DNA of 63,617 nucleotides, counting the filler, from Hyphochytrium catenoides (taxonomy: Eukaryota > Protista > Hyphochytriomycota): assembly GCA_900088475.1 (NCBI GenBank). It is 10 parts of 10 records of this genome, joined end to end, with 100 filler letters (N's around TTAATTAATTAA, not from the genome) between each part and the next. Parts side by side here need not be neighbours in the genome. Positions count along the whole stretch, not along the records: positions 21,111 to 25,019 come from FLMG01002150.1; positions 25,120 to 37,371 come from FLMG01003727.1; 8 more parts are not named here. The stretch is one strand, 5' to 3'. The position numbers and the translations under genes are program-made. Positions within the stretch are counted from its first letter, which is position 1. Every line of letters starts with the position of its first letter. Of this stretch, positions 23,501 to 36,959 are shown one piece after another. Below the pieces are notes generated by a model. The model saw nothing but the letters and a program-made list of their open reading frames with translations, was not told where the DNA came from and did not search any database.

Positions 23501-25848
23501 GATACTACTCATCCTTGTTCTCATCAGCATCTATTATTATAAACCTCTGGCGGGTGCATGACAATCGACACCTCATCATCCGAACCATACACCACGTATC
23601 TCGACGAGCATCAGCAGAACCCAACAGCAGCAATAGCAACGTCAAACTTGATGAAGAAGAGTTGTAGCTCCACCACAAAGAGTCGACGTTCCCTCCATCC
23701 TTCTTCTTATAATGAGGTTGCTGCAACGCACCCTGTGCCTACAACCGTGTTTCTGCTGCTTGAAGAGAAGCAAGAAGATCCTTTTTCCATTATGTTGGGC
23801 TGCAGGCACCTCCCTGTGAATCTTCTGCCTAGAGCCCTTGGGATCTGCCGGATGATGGTTGATGAGGCGTGTGGAGATAGATCATTGTGTCGCAGCGGAC
23901 CTCCTTCGAGATGAAACTTATAAACTCTGGCTCAATGCAGCAAAACATCCAATCATTATCATAAGAGCAGATAACCTTTGTCGCGCTTCTTTGAACACGA
24001 GAAGCATAAGGATCCTGCTGCTGGGTCTTTCCTCTGCAATGGCGTTCTTTGGCTCTGTTAAAGTATGAGACGCAGCTTGGCAGTGGCCACTTGTCGCTGA
24101 CCAGAAACCTAAGCATAGCAACGAGGCCAGTTGTTGAGACTCCTTCTTCTCACACTCTTTTTTAGTAACAACCTTGGACCTTGAACATAGAAGGGCCTCG
24201 ATCGGAAGTCTGTCTGTCTCTCGTACCTGTACCTGTACAAGTACTTGTAGGACAGAGGACAGCCAAAGCAACAAAAGCGTCGGATAATCAAGGTTAGAAT
24301 CAGATCTAAAATCTAATATGCGGTTCTAACCTTACTGATCCGCCTGTAGTGATTCTTATGGCAGATTTGCCATTTTGCAGATTATTGCAGACGTGAGCTC
24401 TTGAGCTTTGTGAAGGCCCTGATGATTGATCACGGAGGAAGAAGATTTCTGGATCATAAGGCAACCGATGTTTGGCCGTCTGCAGAACCGTCTCGTCTTG
24501 GGCGCAACAGTGAACTAAAGTCAACAGTACTAGCAGCTGGAGAAAGGTGCAGCTTAACCCCTCTTCGGTTGCTCGGAAGGAGCGACGAAGAAGAAAGAGT
24601 AGGCAGTTAGAAGAGGTGAAGGCTACTTTGGGCGTTTCTTGGATTGAGCCAGGCTCCTAGTGAGCAGTCTACTGAAGAAAATGGACGAACAAGAGGATGA
24701 GAAGTGGAGTAAAGAGGAAGGTAGATCGTTCTCCGCCTAGCTCCAAATGTACACATAAGGTATTAAGTCCTCTGATGTTATGCAGAGAAGAGTAGAAAGC
24801 CAGGCCAGAAGTTTCACACTCCATCACCTGTACGTGCTCGCAACTCTCGCTACGAATGGATGATGGTGATCTTTACGTTTCATATCCTCATACTCCTAGG
24901 GCTACGCAGACCGAGTATTTTATGAGAGCCTCTATCATCAGAACCCAAGCAGGTGAGAATTGCCTGGACCCATTGTATATGTCTTGGCTAAGGCAGCGGG
25001 CTGTTTAGCTAAAAATGAGNNNNNNNNNNNNNNNNNNNNNNNNNNNNNNNNNNNNNNNNNNNNTTAATTAATTAANNNNNNNNNNNNNNNNNNNNNNNNN
25101 NNNNNNNNNNNNNNNNNNNCTGCAAGACGCAGAGAGGCGCGTACTCTTAGTTCCTGAGGACATGACAGGCCCAGGCTCATGCCTGCCATGACGCCCGCTA
25201 AACCTATCACTTCAGCATCCGCTGATGGTTGCCCACTGCAAAGACTGCAAGGTCCGGTAGCCAGTCAGTACTGAGTGTTAGGAGCATTAATCAGAACATT
25301 CACTGTGATCTCTCATCTCTTAGCTCTCTCTTCTCTCTCTCTTTCTCTCTGTCTTTCTCTCTTACTTTTACTCTCTCTTTTTCCCCTCTCTCCCTGTCGC
25401 TTTTCTCCAACTACGTGGCTTTTGGCCTCACCAGATATCCCGTAGCTCTTCCCGCAGCTTGGAGCTCGGGAAATAGTTTGCAAGGCAGGGCGAGCCCGTG
25501 CTTCGGACAAGAATGTCGCTTAAAGAGACCTCAAAGAGTGAAGATAAGAACCAGAGAGAGAGACACACACACACAGAGACAAAGAGATGGAGAGACAGCG
25601 GAGAGAGATGGGGGTAAGCAGCGGGGCATAAAAGAGAGATAGGACTAGGACAGCGACAGAGAGTGAAAGAGAGAAACTCTTCATCCCGAGAGAGGGCAGA
25701 AACATATCCCAGAGCCTATGTCAAGCAGCTTGAGAGAGAGCCTACCTCCGAGCAAGGGATAGCCCAGCTGCTCTGCAGATAAGATGAAGGTGGTGACTCA
25801 GACGAAGTGTAACAAGGTGTCCAAAAGACAGAGATTGAGAGAAAGAGA

Positions 25849-25903
<55 letters not shown>

Positions 25904-26133
25904 GAAGTGGGGGGGGGGAGAGAAGAAGGACGAGCGGAAAACTAAGATAAACAAGAGGCTGTAGAATGGAAGTTGCTGGCGAGAAGGACCACCACCGAAA
26001 ACTCCCATTGGGCAGGAGACACAAGGAAGAGACGTCGAGGCTAGACAAAGACCCACAGGAGAGGGAAGAGTGAGAAGAGAAAGAGAGGGAGCGAACTCGA
26101 GGAAGTTGTGCACAGCGAGCTTTGATCGTTTAC

Positions 26134-26675
26134 CTTATCAAGGACGGCGGCCGCTGAGAGTATTCCCCACATGTACACGCGAAGAGCATCGACGGTGATG
26201 CCCTTGAAGCGATCCACGAGACTATGGCAGAACATGAGTGAGAGAGAGAGAAAGAGTGAGAGAGAGAGAGAGACAGACAGAAAGACAGGGAGAGAGAGAG
26301 AGAAAAAGAGAACAGTTAGAGCCGACAAGAAGAGGAAACAGTAGAGAGAGAGAGAGAGAGAGAGACATGAGCACAGGAGCGACGGGAGAGAAAAAGTAAG
26401 TAGAAAAAGAGAACCACGGAAGAGACAAGAGGGGAGGAGCTATAGAAGACAGAGAAGAAGACCAGGAGAGAGAGGGAGAGGAGAAGAGAGGCAGAAGAGG
26501 AAAGAGAAGGAGAGAGACAGAGACTAGAAGAGTGAGAGGAAGGATAAAGCACCCGTGAGAGAGAAAAGAATACTATTCAGGAACGGCGAAAGGAAAGGAG
26601 AGAGGGTGGTCAAGTAGTTAATGGGTAAGACGTGAGAGAGAGACAGAGAGAGAGAGGTGGGAGGGAGAGAGCAGC

Positions 26676-26725
<50 letters not shown>

Positions 26726-27155
26726 AGAGAAGAATATTAAAGTCTGAACAATTCAACGTAGACGACTGAGAGGGATAGAAAAGAAGCCCAGCCTACTTGC
26801 TTAGCTGTCCCTCTCCCACGAGTTCAGAGATAATCCAGATCTTCCACTCTGATCTCTCAGTATTCCTTCGCTCTCTCTCTTCTTCATCAGCCACTCTCTC
26901 TTCTTTCTCTTGCTCCTCTATTCTGTGGAGCTGCACATCCAAGTAAAAGAGAAGAGAGGGAGCCGAATGAGGGTCTATCTCCCTCTTCAACCTCTTCAGT
27001 TCTTCTTTCAGCGCTTGGGCGATGTCTCTCACTTTTGTCTCCTCAATAATTGAAGAAACATAGAGCTCCTCGACAGCCACGGGTATACATCTGAGGTAAA
27101 TATACCGAAGAAAGAGAGAGAAAGACGTTAGGGGGGCAGAGAGAGAGAGAGAGGA

Positions 27156-27195
<40 letters not shown>

Positions 27196-27579
27196 GGGAG
27201 GGAAAGAAGAGAGAGAAAGAAGAGAAGGTGTACCCAGTCATGAAGACGGAAGATGGTGACATTGAGAGAAAGCGCATGTCGAGAGAACTAGGGAAACACA
27301 GAAAGAAGAACCCAACAGACAAAGAAGAAGAGAGGAAGAGGGCCACAGAAGAGAGAGAGAAATAGAACAGATGGAAAAGGAGGGTAATAGAGAGAGGGAT
27401 AGAGAAAGCAGAGAGGGCGAGAGAGAGAGGAGAGCAGTGAGAGAGAGAGTTGCCAAAAAGAGAGAGGCACCTCAAGCTTTTTACCTTTCACGGTCAAACC
27501 CACGGTAAACCTTTCCTAGCCTTCCATCATAGAAGGAGGAAGAGCTTCTTGAGAGCTTAACTCTCATAGAACTCTTAGG
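26134..27579 (-). CDS. Pseudokinase domain fragment, GCN2/EIF2AK4 pseudokinase-like (partial, at least 3 exons)
   Basis: Exons 27485-27579, 26797-27090 and 26134-26221 splice in frame: DGRLGKVYRGFDRERCIPVAVEEL...LKEELKRLK...LLFYLDVQL...KIWIISELVGEGQLSNLVDRFKGITVDALRVYMWGILSAAAVLDK. This is kinase subdomains I-VIa with the VAxK lysine replaced by E. A probable next exon near 25950-26040 reads LDVSSLCLLPNGSFRWWSFS, with no DFG. Confidence 0.7.
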
Positions 27580-27783
27580 CTAAGGATGATTTAAGAGAGA
27601 CAGAGAACAAGAGAGATGTGGAGAGAGAAAGAAAGAGAGAGACAAGAGAAGCACTCTCCTCCTTTCATTGTTGCTCTGTCTGAACTACAGTTCCCGCATC
27701 ACCCTGAACGCTGCACAAGCTATCTTCGCTTCGGTCTCCTCATGCTTACCAGTCTATTTTNNNNNNNNNNNNNNNNNNNNNNN

Positions 27784-27833
<50 letters not shown>

Positions 27834-30829
27834 ATCCGAGTCTCCGTCGTCGTGACTTCGTCTTTTCGCCCTTCCTTCTTCTAGTGTCTCCCCACGATTA
27901 AAACCCTTTTCTGCGCTATCTTCCTCTAGGTCGGCTCTGTGGCTACCTCGCTAGACTTCTCGCGCTCTTCATCTCCGTCTTTCTTCTTCCTTTCCTTCCG
28001 TGGAGCTCTTCCTAAGCGAGCCACTTAAAGAGCTAAAGCCCTACGAAAATGAGAAGGGAATGGAGAAGAATGCAAAATGGCACCGCCAAGCAGAAGATTG
28101 TTGAGGAGCGAGATGGAGAGCAAGCAGTGGACGTTCAAGAGATGCCTGAGATGAGCTGAGAGAGAAAGAGACAGAGAGCGGAGAAAGAGAGAGAAGAGCA
28201 TGAGAAGTGGCGAGAGAGACGAGAGAACGAGTGAGAGAGAAAGAGTGAAAGAGAGAGAGAGAGAGAGAGAAGAGAGGAGAGAGAAAAGAGAGAAAGAGGG
28301 TTAAAGGGAGAGAGAGAGAGAGAGAGAGAGAGAAAGAAAGAGAGAGAGGGAGAGAGGGGGAGAGAGAAAGAGAGAGAGGGAGAGAGGGGGAGGGAAGGGG
28401 AGNNNNNNNNNNNNNNNNNNNNNNNNNNNNNNNNNNNNNGAGAGAGAGAGAGAGAGAGAGAGGAAGAGGGAGAGAGAGAGAGGGAGAATCTACATTACCT
28501 GTTCGTACCTGCACAGCGTTGCCGTGCCGCTTCACATCCCAACTTCATTCAGCACCATGGGCACAAGCCGCTAACGGGCATTGGTGAAATAAAAAGGTGT
28601 ATCTTTTCCTTTCCAGAAACATTGTAAATGTCTCTGGATGTCAATTAAGGGTGGCTGAAACCTTCCATATGCTCTACGTTTCGTTGCAGTGAAAGATTGT
28701 CATCCTCTCTTTTCTTGTCTGTGTCTGTCTCCCTCTTTCTCGTTGTCTCCTGTCTCTCTGTGTCTCTGTCTCTCTCTCTTTCTTTCTCTCCCTCTGTTTG
28801 TCACTAAAGGTTCGCAATCCTCTCTCTTCCTCTCTCCTTCTCTCTCTCTCTCTCTTTCTCTGCTCTGCCATGGCGGTACAATCTGTGGAACTGAGCCTCT
28901 CTCCCTCGTCATTCTCTGTCTTTCCAAGTTTCCCAGGAGAGAAGGCGAGCTTGCAATCGGGATGCTGGCCATCCGATGGAGCCCAGATGGAAGCTGTCTC
29001 AGAAGAGAGTCTTCGCATGCCCATCCCGCTGTGATCTTTCGGCAGCTTTGTTTGTTCCTCTTTACGCGTCTCTAAAACTCTCTCTTACCAGCCTCGTCTC
29101 TCTCTCTCTCGCTCTCATTTTTTCTCTCTCTCCCTCTAAGACACGGATACTTCCGCATCTCTCTCTCCTATTCAGGCTGCTAAGCTTTGCAGGCGACGGA
29201 GACTAAAAGGTTACTCCTTTTCTCTCTCTCCCCTTCCCGGCTAAACATTAAATGCAAGGCGGCAAACTATTCTGTTAGACGGTTGTTCGTTCACTTATCC
29301 CTCGCACTCTCTTTCTAATCAAAGGGCAGTTCCTCTCTTCCTTTCTCACTCTTGCCATTTCCCTTGCTTCCATACTCTCTCGCTTTGGCTCTATCCCAAA
29401 TTGTCTTAGGACAGCAGAGCGAGCGAGAGAGAGAGAGAACAATAGATAGAGAGACGACGAGAGAGAGAATAGTAGGATCGCCACCTTAAAACGGAAGTCA
29501 AAGAAGGGAGAGCAGCTTACTGTTACTGCTCTCTCGATACGACCTTCCAAGAAGTACGGAAGGGGAAGCTGCATCTCTCTCTCTCTTTCGTGGAGGGAGA
29601 GAGAAGCTTCCTCTTGGCCCGCCCAGGTTTCCACCAGCTATCATTGCTGCCATGAGAAGTATACGAGGCCATACACTGCACATAGATAAGCTTTCTTCTC
29701 TCTTCACTCCTCGCGGTCTCAGGCTATCTATTCTGGTTCTATGCGTCGTTCACCAGCTCTGGTGCCTGTTCGTCTTCCCAAGACGAAGTTCCTGTCTCTG
29801 TCTCTTCCCTCACTCTGTCTCTCTCTCTCGGTTTAGAAGAGCTTGTGTCTTCAATTTCTGAGATTGACAAGAGAAGCTCGCAAGATATTTTACGACGCCA
29901 ACGTCAAAATCTCAAGAGATTACTTTCCGTCTTTGCTTCTGTCTGTTTTAACTCTTATCGATCTGCTACACAGGGAAAGAGAGTCTCTCTCTCTCTCTTT
30001 CATTCTTCTTGGACGTGAGGACTACCTCCTGCTATAGATAACGGATGTAGCAATGCACAAGGGAACTCTCCTTTCTAAGAATAACAAATCAACTTTGATC
30101 AGCGTGAAAGTTAAATGGAAACGGGCACGGAGGCGGACTTAGAGAGAAAGGGAGACAGAGACGATGACTTAAGATCCTTCTTGTTCATAGCGAGAGAGAG
30201 AGAAAGAGTCAGACCATATTGGAAGTCATGCGCCTTCTCTCGCTCGTGGTGTTGGGAAAGAAAGGCTGCGCAGTCTTATTGTTCTCCTCCTGGTCTCCTG
30301 ATCCCTTATCCTCTTCTCTCATACGGCGTCCAGCTGTTCTCTCTCTCTCTACCGCTGCTTGTCTCTGTGTGTGTCTCACTCTCACTACTCGGGGTCTCTT
30401 TTTGATAGCATTCTCCTTTGCTCTTTGGTTCTTTCGATGCGTCTCGTGTCTTCTTTTCTTTCCGCTATCTCTAACATTTGCTGGCGATGAGTTCCTTCTA
30501 ACTCAGTCATTCTGTCTCTCTCTTTACCCTGTCTGCCTCCCCCACACTGTCTCTCTCTCCTCTCTCTTTCTGTCAGCGGAGTGGTGAACGTGCAGAGGAT
30601 GCTCAATATGAGCGAGAGTCTTAGCTAAGGTGCACTTGTCAGGATTGGCTTGGAAGTGACTCAGGACTCCCACCGAGGCAGCTAAATCGGGTCGAGAGAC
30701 TACCATTTAGGTGCCTGAAAGCACCCAGAAGTTCACGGAAAGGGAAAGAAGCCCGTAGGCTCTGATGTCCCGTGAGGTAGAGGAAGAAGATCGTCGTTGG
30801 GGACAAGGGGAGTTGAGACCGGTGAAGAA

Positions 30830-31326
30830 ATAAGACAGATGGCCGCTCTACCTATGGCTCTGTCTTTTTCCTTGGGACTTCACCTGCTCATTGGACTAGC
30901 AAGAAGTTAGTCAACATCACTCTCTCCACTTCAGAATCTGAATATTGCGGCTCTTCCGAAAGCTCTAAGGTTTTCATTTGGCTCCGCACTTTACTCGCTG
31001 ATTGTCATTGTAAAGAGTAGATGGTCCAGCATGAGGAAATCCAAGACCAGCGAGTCAATCCTGGCATGGCGCATGTCTCGGCTGCAAACGGGTTCTTCGA
31101 TACCTGCGTGGGGCTTCTAACTATGGCCTACGTCTCGGCGGATCTCCTTCTGAACTCTCCGCACTCGTTGATTCTGACTGGGCTGGAGAGAAAACAGATA
31201 GCCGCTCTACCTATAGCTTTGTAAGGCATTGGACAACATCACTCTCTCCACTTCAGAATCTCAATATTGCGGCTGTTCCAAAAGCTCTAAGGTTCTCTCA
31301 TTTGCCTCCGCACTTTACTCGCTGAT
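30830..31326 (+). repeat. Imperfect direct duplication
   Basis: acagat-gccgctctacctat...caacatcactctctccacttcagaatct-aatattgcggct...ctccgcactttactcgctgat occurs at ~30830-31001 and ~31192-31326. Confidence 0.85.
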
Positions 31327-32058
31327 CTTGAATTTCCTCCTTCTGGACCAACTACTCTGTACAATGCCAATCAGCTCAGCTGTCGGCTATGCGCGAACCT
31401 GCTTATGTCATTCCGTCTGCTTCACGCCACATACGGGTTAGCTACCACCAAGAGGAATTGGTCAGCGCTGGAGTTCTCAAGCTCTCTTCTCGCCCAACGA
31501 GGGGAATGGTTGCGGACGGTAAAGGCTTCACCTGCACCACTACTCCGCCGTCATCGTGAGCGGATCATGCTTCCTATTGTTGACAAAGAAATTATCTTCT
31601 TCTTCATCATCATCGTTATGGCTATCGAATCTCTATTCGGCGAGTGGCAGAGTGGTTGGCTTTGTCCTCACGTCAACACTTCCAAGTCCATCTCGCTACT
31701 CTCCCAGCCTTGTCTCCATCGCTTGCTCTCCCACTCTTGTTGCTGTTACTCAGCCTCTCTCTTCTTTCCCTCTCTCTCTCTCTCTCTCTCTCNNNNNNNN
31801 NNNNNNNNNNNNNNNNNNNNNNNNNNNCTCTCTCTCTCTCTTGTGACGTTTTGTGACTTTTCATTTTTCATTCTTTTCATGCTTGTTCTTCAGGAACAGT
31901 GCAAACCCACACTGAAGATGGCTAAAACAGAGCATTAAGGCTCGGTCTACAAACACACAGCCCCTTACTTCAAAAGATATGCGTACTTGGCCAAGGGCTA
32001 CTGCGTACCTTTACGGACGGGCAAGTGGGGTCACCAAGCCCCACCTCACATCTTCTTC

Positions 32059-32103
<45 letters not shown>

Positions 32104-32283
32104 TCTTCTCGTGCGGGCGCGCTCTCTTTCTCTACTCTTTCTCTCCCGCTCCGTTCTCTCTCTCTCTCTCTTCCCCACACTCTATTCTCTCACTCTCTCT
32201 CTTTCTCTGTCTCTCTTGTCAGCCTCTCCCTCTCTCTGTCTCTCTCTCTCTAGAGCCTATTCTCTCTCTCTCCTCTCAGCCTA

Positions 32284-32317
<34 letters not shown>

Positions 32318-32587
32318 ACTTTTCTCTCTCTGTCTGCACAATCCCCTGCTCTCATTTCTCTTTGCCCAACAGAAGCTGTCCCTTCTTGCTGCCTTGCCAG
32401 TCAGCCAGTCTGCCTTACAAGCTCAATAACAGGAGTGCATCGGACCAAGCAAGCCCGTCAGCCTTCATCCAAGCGGTGCAGGAGAGAAGAGAAAGATTGC
32501 TCGGGCTAAGAAGTAGCTGCCATCAACCAAAAAGAGAGACAACGAGAAAGGACTTGGGAGATAGTGAACGCAGAAAAGAGAGGGAAG

Positions 32588-32705
32588 ATGTCGACCAACG
32601 TGCAAGACCTGCTCGATATGTCGCTGGATGACATCGCGGCACAGAAGAAGGAGAATAATCCTGCAAATGGTGGAGGAAAGACAAGAAGAGAACGGTAAGA
32701 TGAGA

Positions 32706-32752
<47 letters not shown>

Positions 32753-35700
32753 CTCTTCTCTGTCACCCCTCTCTCTGCCCTGCTTCTAGGGAGCCGTGGT
32801 CGTCAATCTTGTTATTGGTCGTCTCTGTCCATCTACACCTTGCCTACCATCGTCTACTATTGATCTCTTTAGCTGGGGCCAGGCCCTTTTTCACCCGCGT
32901 TACCTTCGTATGGGCACCAAAAGACACAGCCCGTGGGGCTTTTACTGGCTTCCTGAGTCCTCTCTCTCTCCGGTCTATCTCTCTAGCTTTTTCTCTCTCT
33001 CTCTCTTTCTTTCTCTCTCTTGCTCGTGCCTTGTCCTTCCTCTTCGTTTCCTGCAAGCGTCGCTTTTTCTGCCTCATATTGACTCCTCTCGCTCTCATTG
33101 ATGTGTGCGCACTGGCGACGATCATCATCTCCTCACTCCAGAAAGTATGACAGGCCCGCCCCCTATGCACAGAGTATGAAGTCAAACTTTTCTCCTTCTT
33201 CTTCCATGCTGCTTGCTAGACGGTCTCCTTGCTCCGTCTCTCTCTCTCCACGTTCCTACTCTGCCATCTTCTCTTCTTCGTCTCGTACGCCTTGTTTACA
33301 CTTTCTCTTTTGATTCGACCTTCAAGAATTTCTCAGAAAGACTTATCTATCTACCCTACTCGTTCTCTCTCTGTGGGTCATCATTTGTCTCTCTCCTTTC
33401 GTATGTCTCCTTTCTCTCTCTCTTTTTTTCTCTCTCTCTCACTCTCCCTGTTTATAGAAGACAGCAGACGGCGCGCACCTCCACCTCCTCGTGGTGCTGT
33501 TGGCTGCCGCGTCTACATTGGGAACCTCGCCTACTCGGTGAGCTGGCAGACGCTTAAAGATCACCTTCGACAGGCAGGAGACGTGCAGCACGTAGAGATT
33601 CTGCAGTTTCCAGATGGAAAATCCAAAGGCTGCGGGTAAGGCAAAGGGCCCCTGATTTCAGCTCTGAAGCCGCGCGAGCATCACTTTCTATGTCTAAATA
33701 GGCGTCTTTCTGGTCCGTTTTCTCTTTGCTCTTCACAGAGCATTGTAAATGACTGGCTTGACCCTTACTCGTGCTATTTCAATCTCCACCAATTTCGTGA
33801 GACTCACTTCTAACTCTCTCTCTCTCTCTCCTCCTCTTCTTTCGCTCTTTACCCCTGTTTCTGGTCCGCTCTTCTTGATCCGTCCTGTCTGGTTTTAACC
33901 TCTATCCTCCTCTTCTTGACAATCTATCTTGCGGACCACTGCTTGCTGGAAATAGCATCGCTGTCTTCTCTACACCTGAAGAGGCGGAGAATGCAATCGC
34001 TACGTTGACAGACTCCACTCTGGATGGTAGAATGATCTTTGTCCGTGAGGTCAGTGCGCTTATCTCTTTCGACCATCAGTATCTCGGCTGTCTCGTGTCA
34101 GTCCGTCACCCAGGATGATTTCTCTTCCTTGGATCCTCTGCCTTTTCGTCAAGGGGTGAAATGCTATCAATGAGAATTCTGTTACTTCTCGCGATAGCCG
34201 AAAGCCTTCGTATCTAGCGCCCCCGCTCTTTTTACTACTTGCCTGACCTTATGTTCTGTCTTCCTCTGCTGCAGGATCGAGAGGATCAGATGGGACCTTC
34301 TGGTGGAGGAGGAAGAGGGCCTCCTCCTCCTGCTCGTGCTCCGTCCAGAGGCGGAGGGTACTCACGGGGAGCCGGGGTAGGACCAGCAGCGTGCAAGGTG
34401 GTGGTGAGCAACCTGGCCTGGGAGACGAAGTGGTGGAACCTCAAGGACTTCATGAGAGAGGCAGGCGAAGTGCTTCATTGCGATAGTAAGTGAGAGAGCT
34501 GCAGGAGTCCAAGAGAGAGGAAAGAGAGGAGAAAGACTCGAAGGGAGAGGGAGGAGATGGAGATGAGAGAGAGGAGGAATAGGGCCCATCTTCTGGGAAG
34601 AGCTAAGGTTTGCAAAAGCTGTTCCCAGCTTTGTAGGTGCTTCCTTGCAAGAGTCTTTTCAGTGCAAATATCTTTATTCACTTTTTTCCTCTCTCGCTCT
34701 CTTCTTTCCGACCAATGAGGTTTTTGAGGCTTTGGTCCTGTTCTCCAGTATAGTTGTCTGGGCCGGTGTATCGATTCTCTGTTGGTGCCTAACTTAGACA
34801 TCCTCTTCGCCATCCTCGCCTGTTTTGCTCCCCTTTCAGTAAGGCGCAGCCTCCTATTTCTTCTGCTGTCTCCTTTCTTTGTCATCATTAGCATTGGCGT
34901 ATGCCTCTTCCCTCCAGTGTGTCCAACAAAGCGTCTATCTCTAACGTCTCATCGCTCTTTCCTATGCCAGTCTTCCAGGACCACACGGGCCGTTCCAAGG
35001 GCTCTGGACTAGTAGAGTTCTCTAATCCCACCGATGCCAAGAGAGCTATCAGGAATCTTAGTGGCGTAGAGTTGGACGGTAGACCTGTGTATATCAGAGA
35101 GGTGAGAACTTATTGGAAATGGACGTGACAAAGAGAAGGAGGAGGGGGAGACTAAGGGAGGGAGAGAGAAAGGGAAAAAGAAGGTGCTTGCGTGGAAGTG
35201 AAGAGAAGCGATAGCGCTAGAGGGTAACCTATCGGCACACCGTGTGAGAACCAGCGACAAGGAGAAATGACATCGAGTGTGAGCGTCTGACAAGATGTAA
35301 CGGCGAGGCGAAGGCTAGAGCCTCAATTCATGCATCTCGTGACTGTACACGAGTGCAGCAACCATTAGACGGGATGCAGAAAAGAGGAGGGGAATGGACT
35401 CAACTTATGAAAGGACACAATGGGGGAGGAGAGATCGATGAGAGAGAGAGGGGGGGAGAGAGAAAAAGAGATCTCACTCACCAATGCTTTTACATCCAGT
35501 ACGAAGAGATTCCTAACCATTCAAGCCGAAGGGACAGCGGACCATCGTCAAGTGAGATTCAGCTCTGGGTGGGCAATGTAAGTGCATCACAGGGACATAG
35601 AGCAAGACAGAGAAAACTGATATTTTCCTGTTCCTCCTTTCAGCTGCCGTTTGAGACCTCCTGGCAGGACCTTAAGGACCACTTCAAGAGCGTCGGGGAT

Positions 35701-36147
35701 GTTAGGCATGTGGACATCCTTGTCTCACGAGATGGAAGGCCGAAGGGCCAGGCGGTTGTTCGTTTCGGCTCGGAGAGAGAAGCGGCTGATGCCATAAGTA
35801 AGCACCTGCGAGTCTCTTTCTCTTCCTTTTGAAGGTTCATTTGCCTCTACCGACTCCATAGAAGCGGGCCAGATGTGCCTTTGTACTCTCACCTTTGTGA
35901 AGAGAGAGCGAACTCCTAGGGCGCTGTCATCCGTATTGCACACCCATGAGCTTGTTAGCATCACTTTAGAGCCGTGTCTCTCTCTTGGACGTGTCCTCTC
36001 CGGTTATTTTCTCTGTCCTTTGGATCGTCTACGTCCCCAATTTGAAGTCATCAACTTTTCTAAACATCCGCACGCTCTTCAGGAGAATTGAACGGTGTTG
36101 ACTTTCAAGGTCGACCACTGCAGGTTAAATATGATGAGAAGCTCTAA
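32588..36147 (+). CDS. Gbp2/Hrb1 (hnRNP M/MYEF2-like) three-RRM RNA-binding protein with an ALYREF/Yra1-like N-terminus; complete, 9 exons
   Basis: Exons 32588-32694, 33142-33173, 33458-33635, 33956-34049, 34275-34485, 34971-35101, 35500-35577, 35644-35797, 36083-36147 (TAA); phases are consistent. RRM1 [25 protein letters not shown]...GKSKGCG...[13 protein letters not shown]; RRM2 [25 protein letters not shown]...[11 protein letters not shown]; RRM3 [25 protein letters not shown]. All three carry the SWQDLKD-type signature. Confidence 0.92.
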
Positions 36148-36959
36148 AACAGCGAGAGGTCCTCTGTAGGGAATGAATATGTAAAGCGTAACAAGATTCT
36201 CCTTTTGACTTGGCGCTGGGCGGCCATGGTCTTCCTCCTGTGGATCCTCTTCTTTTCCTTCCTTTCTTCCCTCCCCCCATCCCCTTTTACCTCTCTCTCT
36301 CTCTCTCCTTCTCTCTCTCTCTCTCTCCGCGCTCCCATCTCTCTTTACCTCTATCTCTCTCCTCCCTCTCTTTCTGTGTGTGCTCCTTTCCACAACTTGA
36401 AGGAGGTATCTGCGGCGGAGCTCTTCTTAGTTAACTCTAAAATGAAGCGATTCTGAAGAAAAGAGATTTCACTTTTTATAAGAAGCGTATTAAGGTAGAC
36501 TCTGGCCCTCGCTTCGATATCAACAATGGAACAGAAGAGCCATGTCTTGTCAAGTCATGAGTGCTGGAAGAATACTATAGACAGGAAACGAAGCGCTTTT
36601 CTGCAGTAAACCGTGAAAGAAGCCTCGTCGCAATTCGACTGCTGGTGAAGGCGTGGTAAGGCAGACGTGCTGATTAAGAAAACAAAAGAAGCAACCAAAG
36701 ACTATGGAGGAACTAAAAACGACCGATGGTAACGCGGCATCAAGGCAACCGGACCGGTTTGTCCGTATATGTCTACGTGTAAGGACTGCAGCTCGTTTTC
36801 AATATTTCCTTCGACTTTTCTAACTGTATAGTTTTGTTAGCGGCAACACTGCTTGGGTCCTGAAGGTTTTGGCTCCAAACAGTTGGTGCTGACATGATCC
36901 TGAGGACCACAAGCTATCTGTAGACACTCAGCCAGCCGCAACCACACTGCTCTGAAGTG

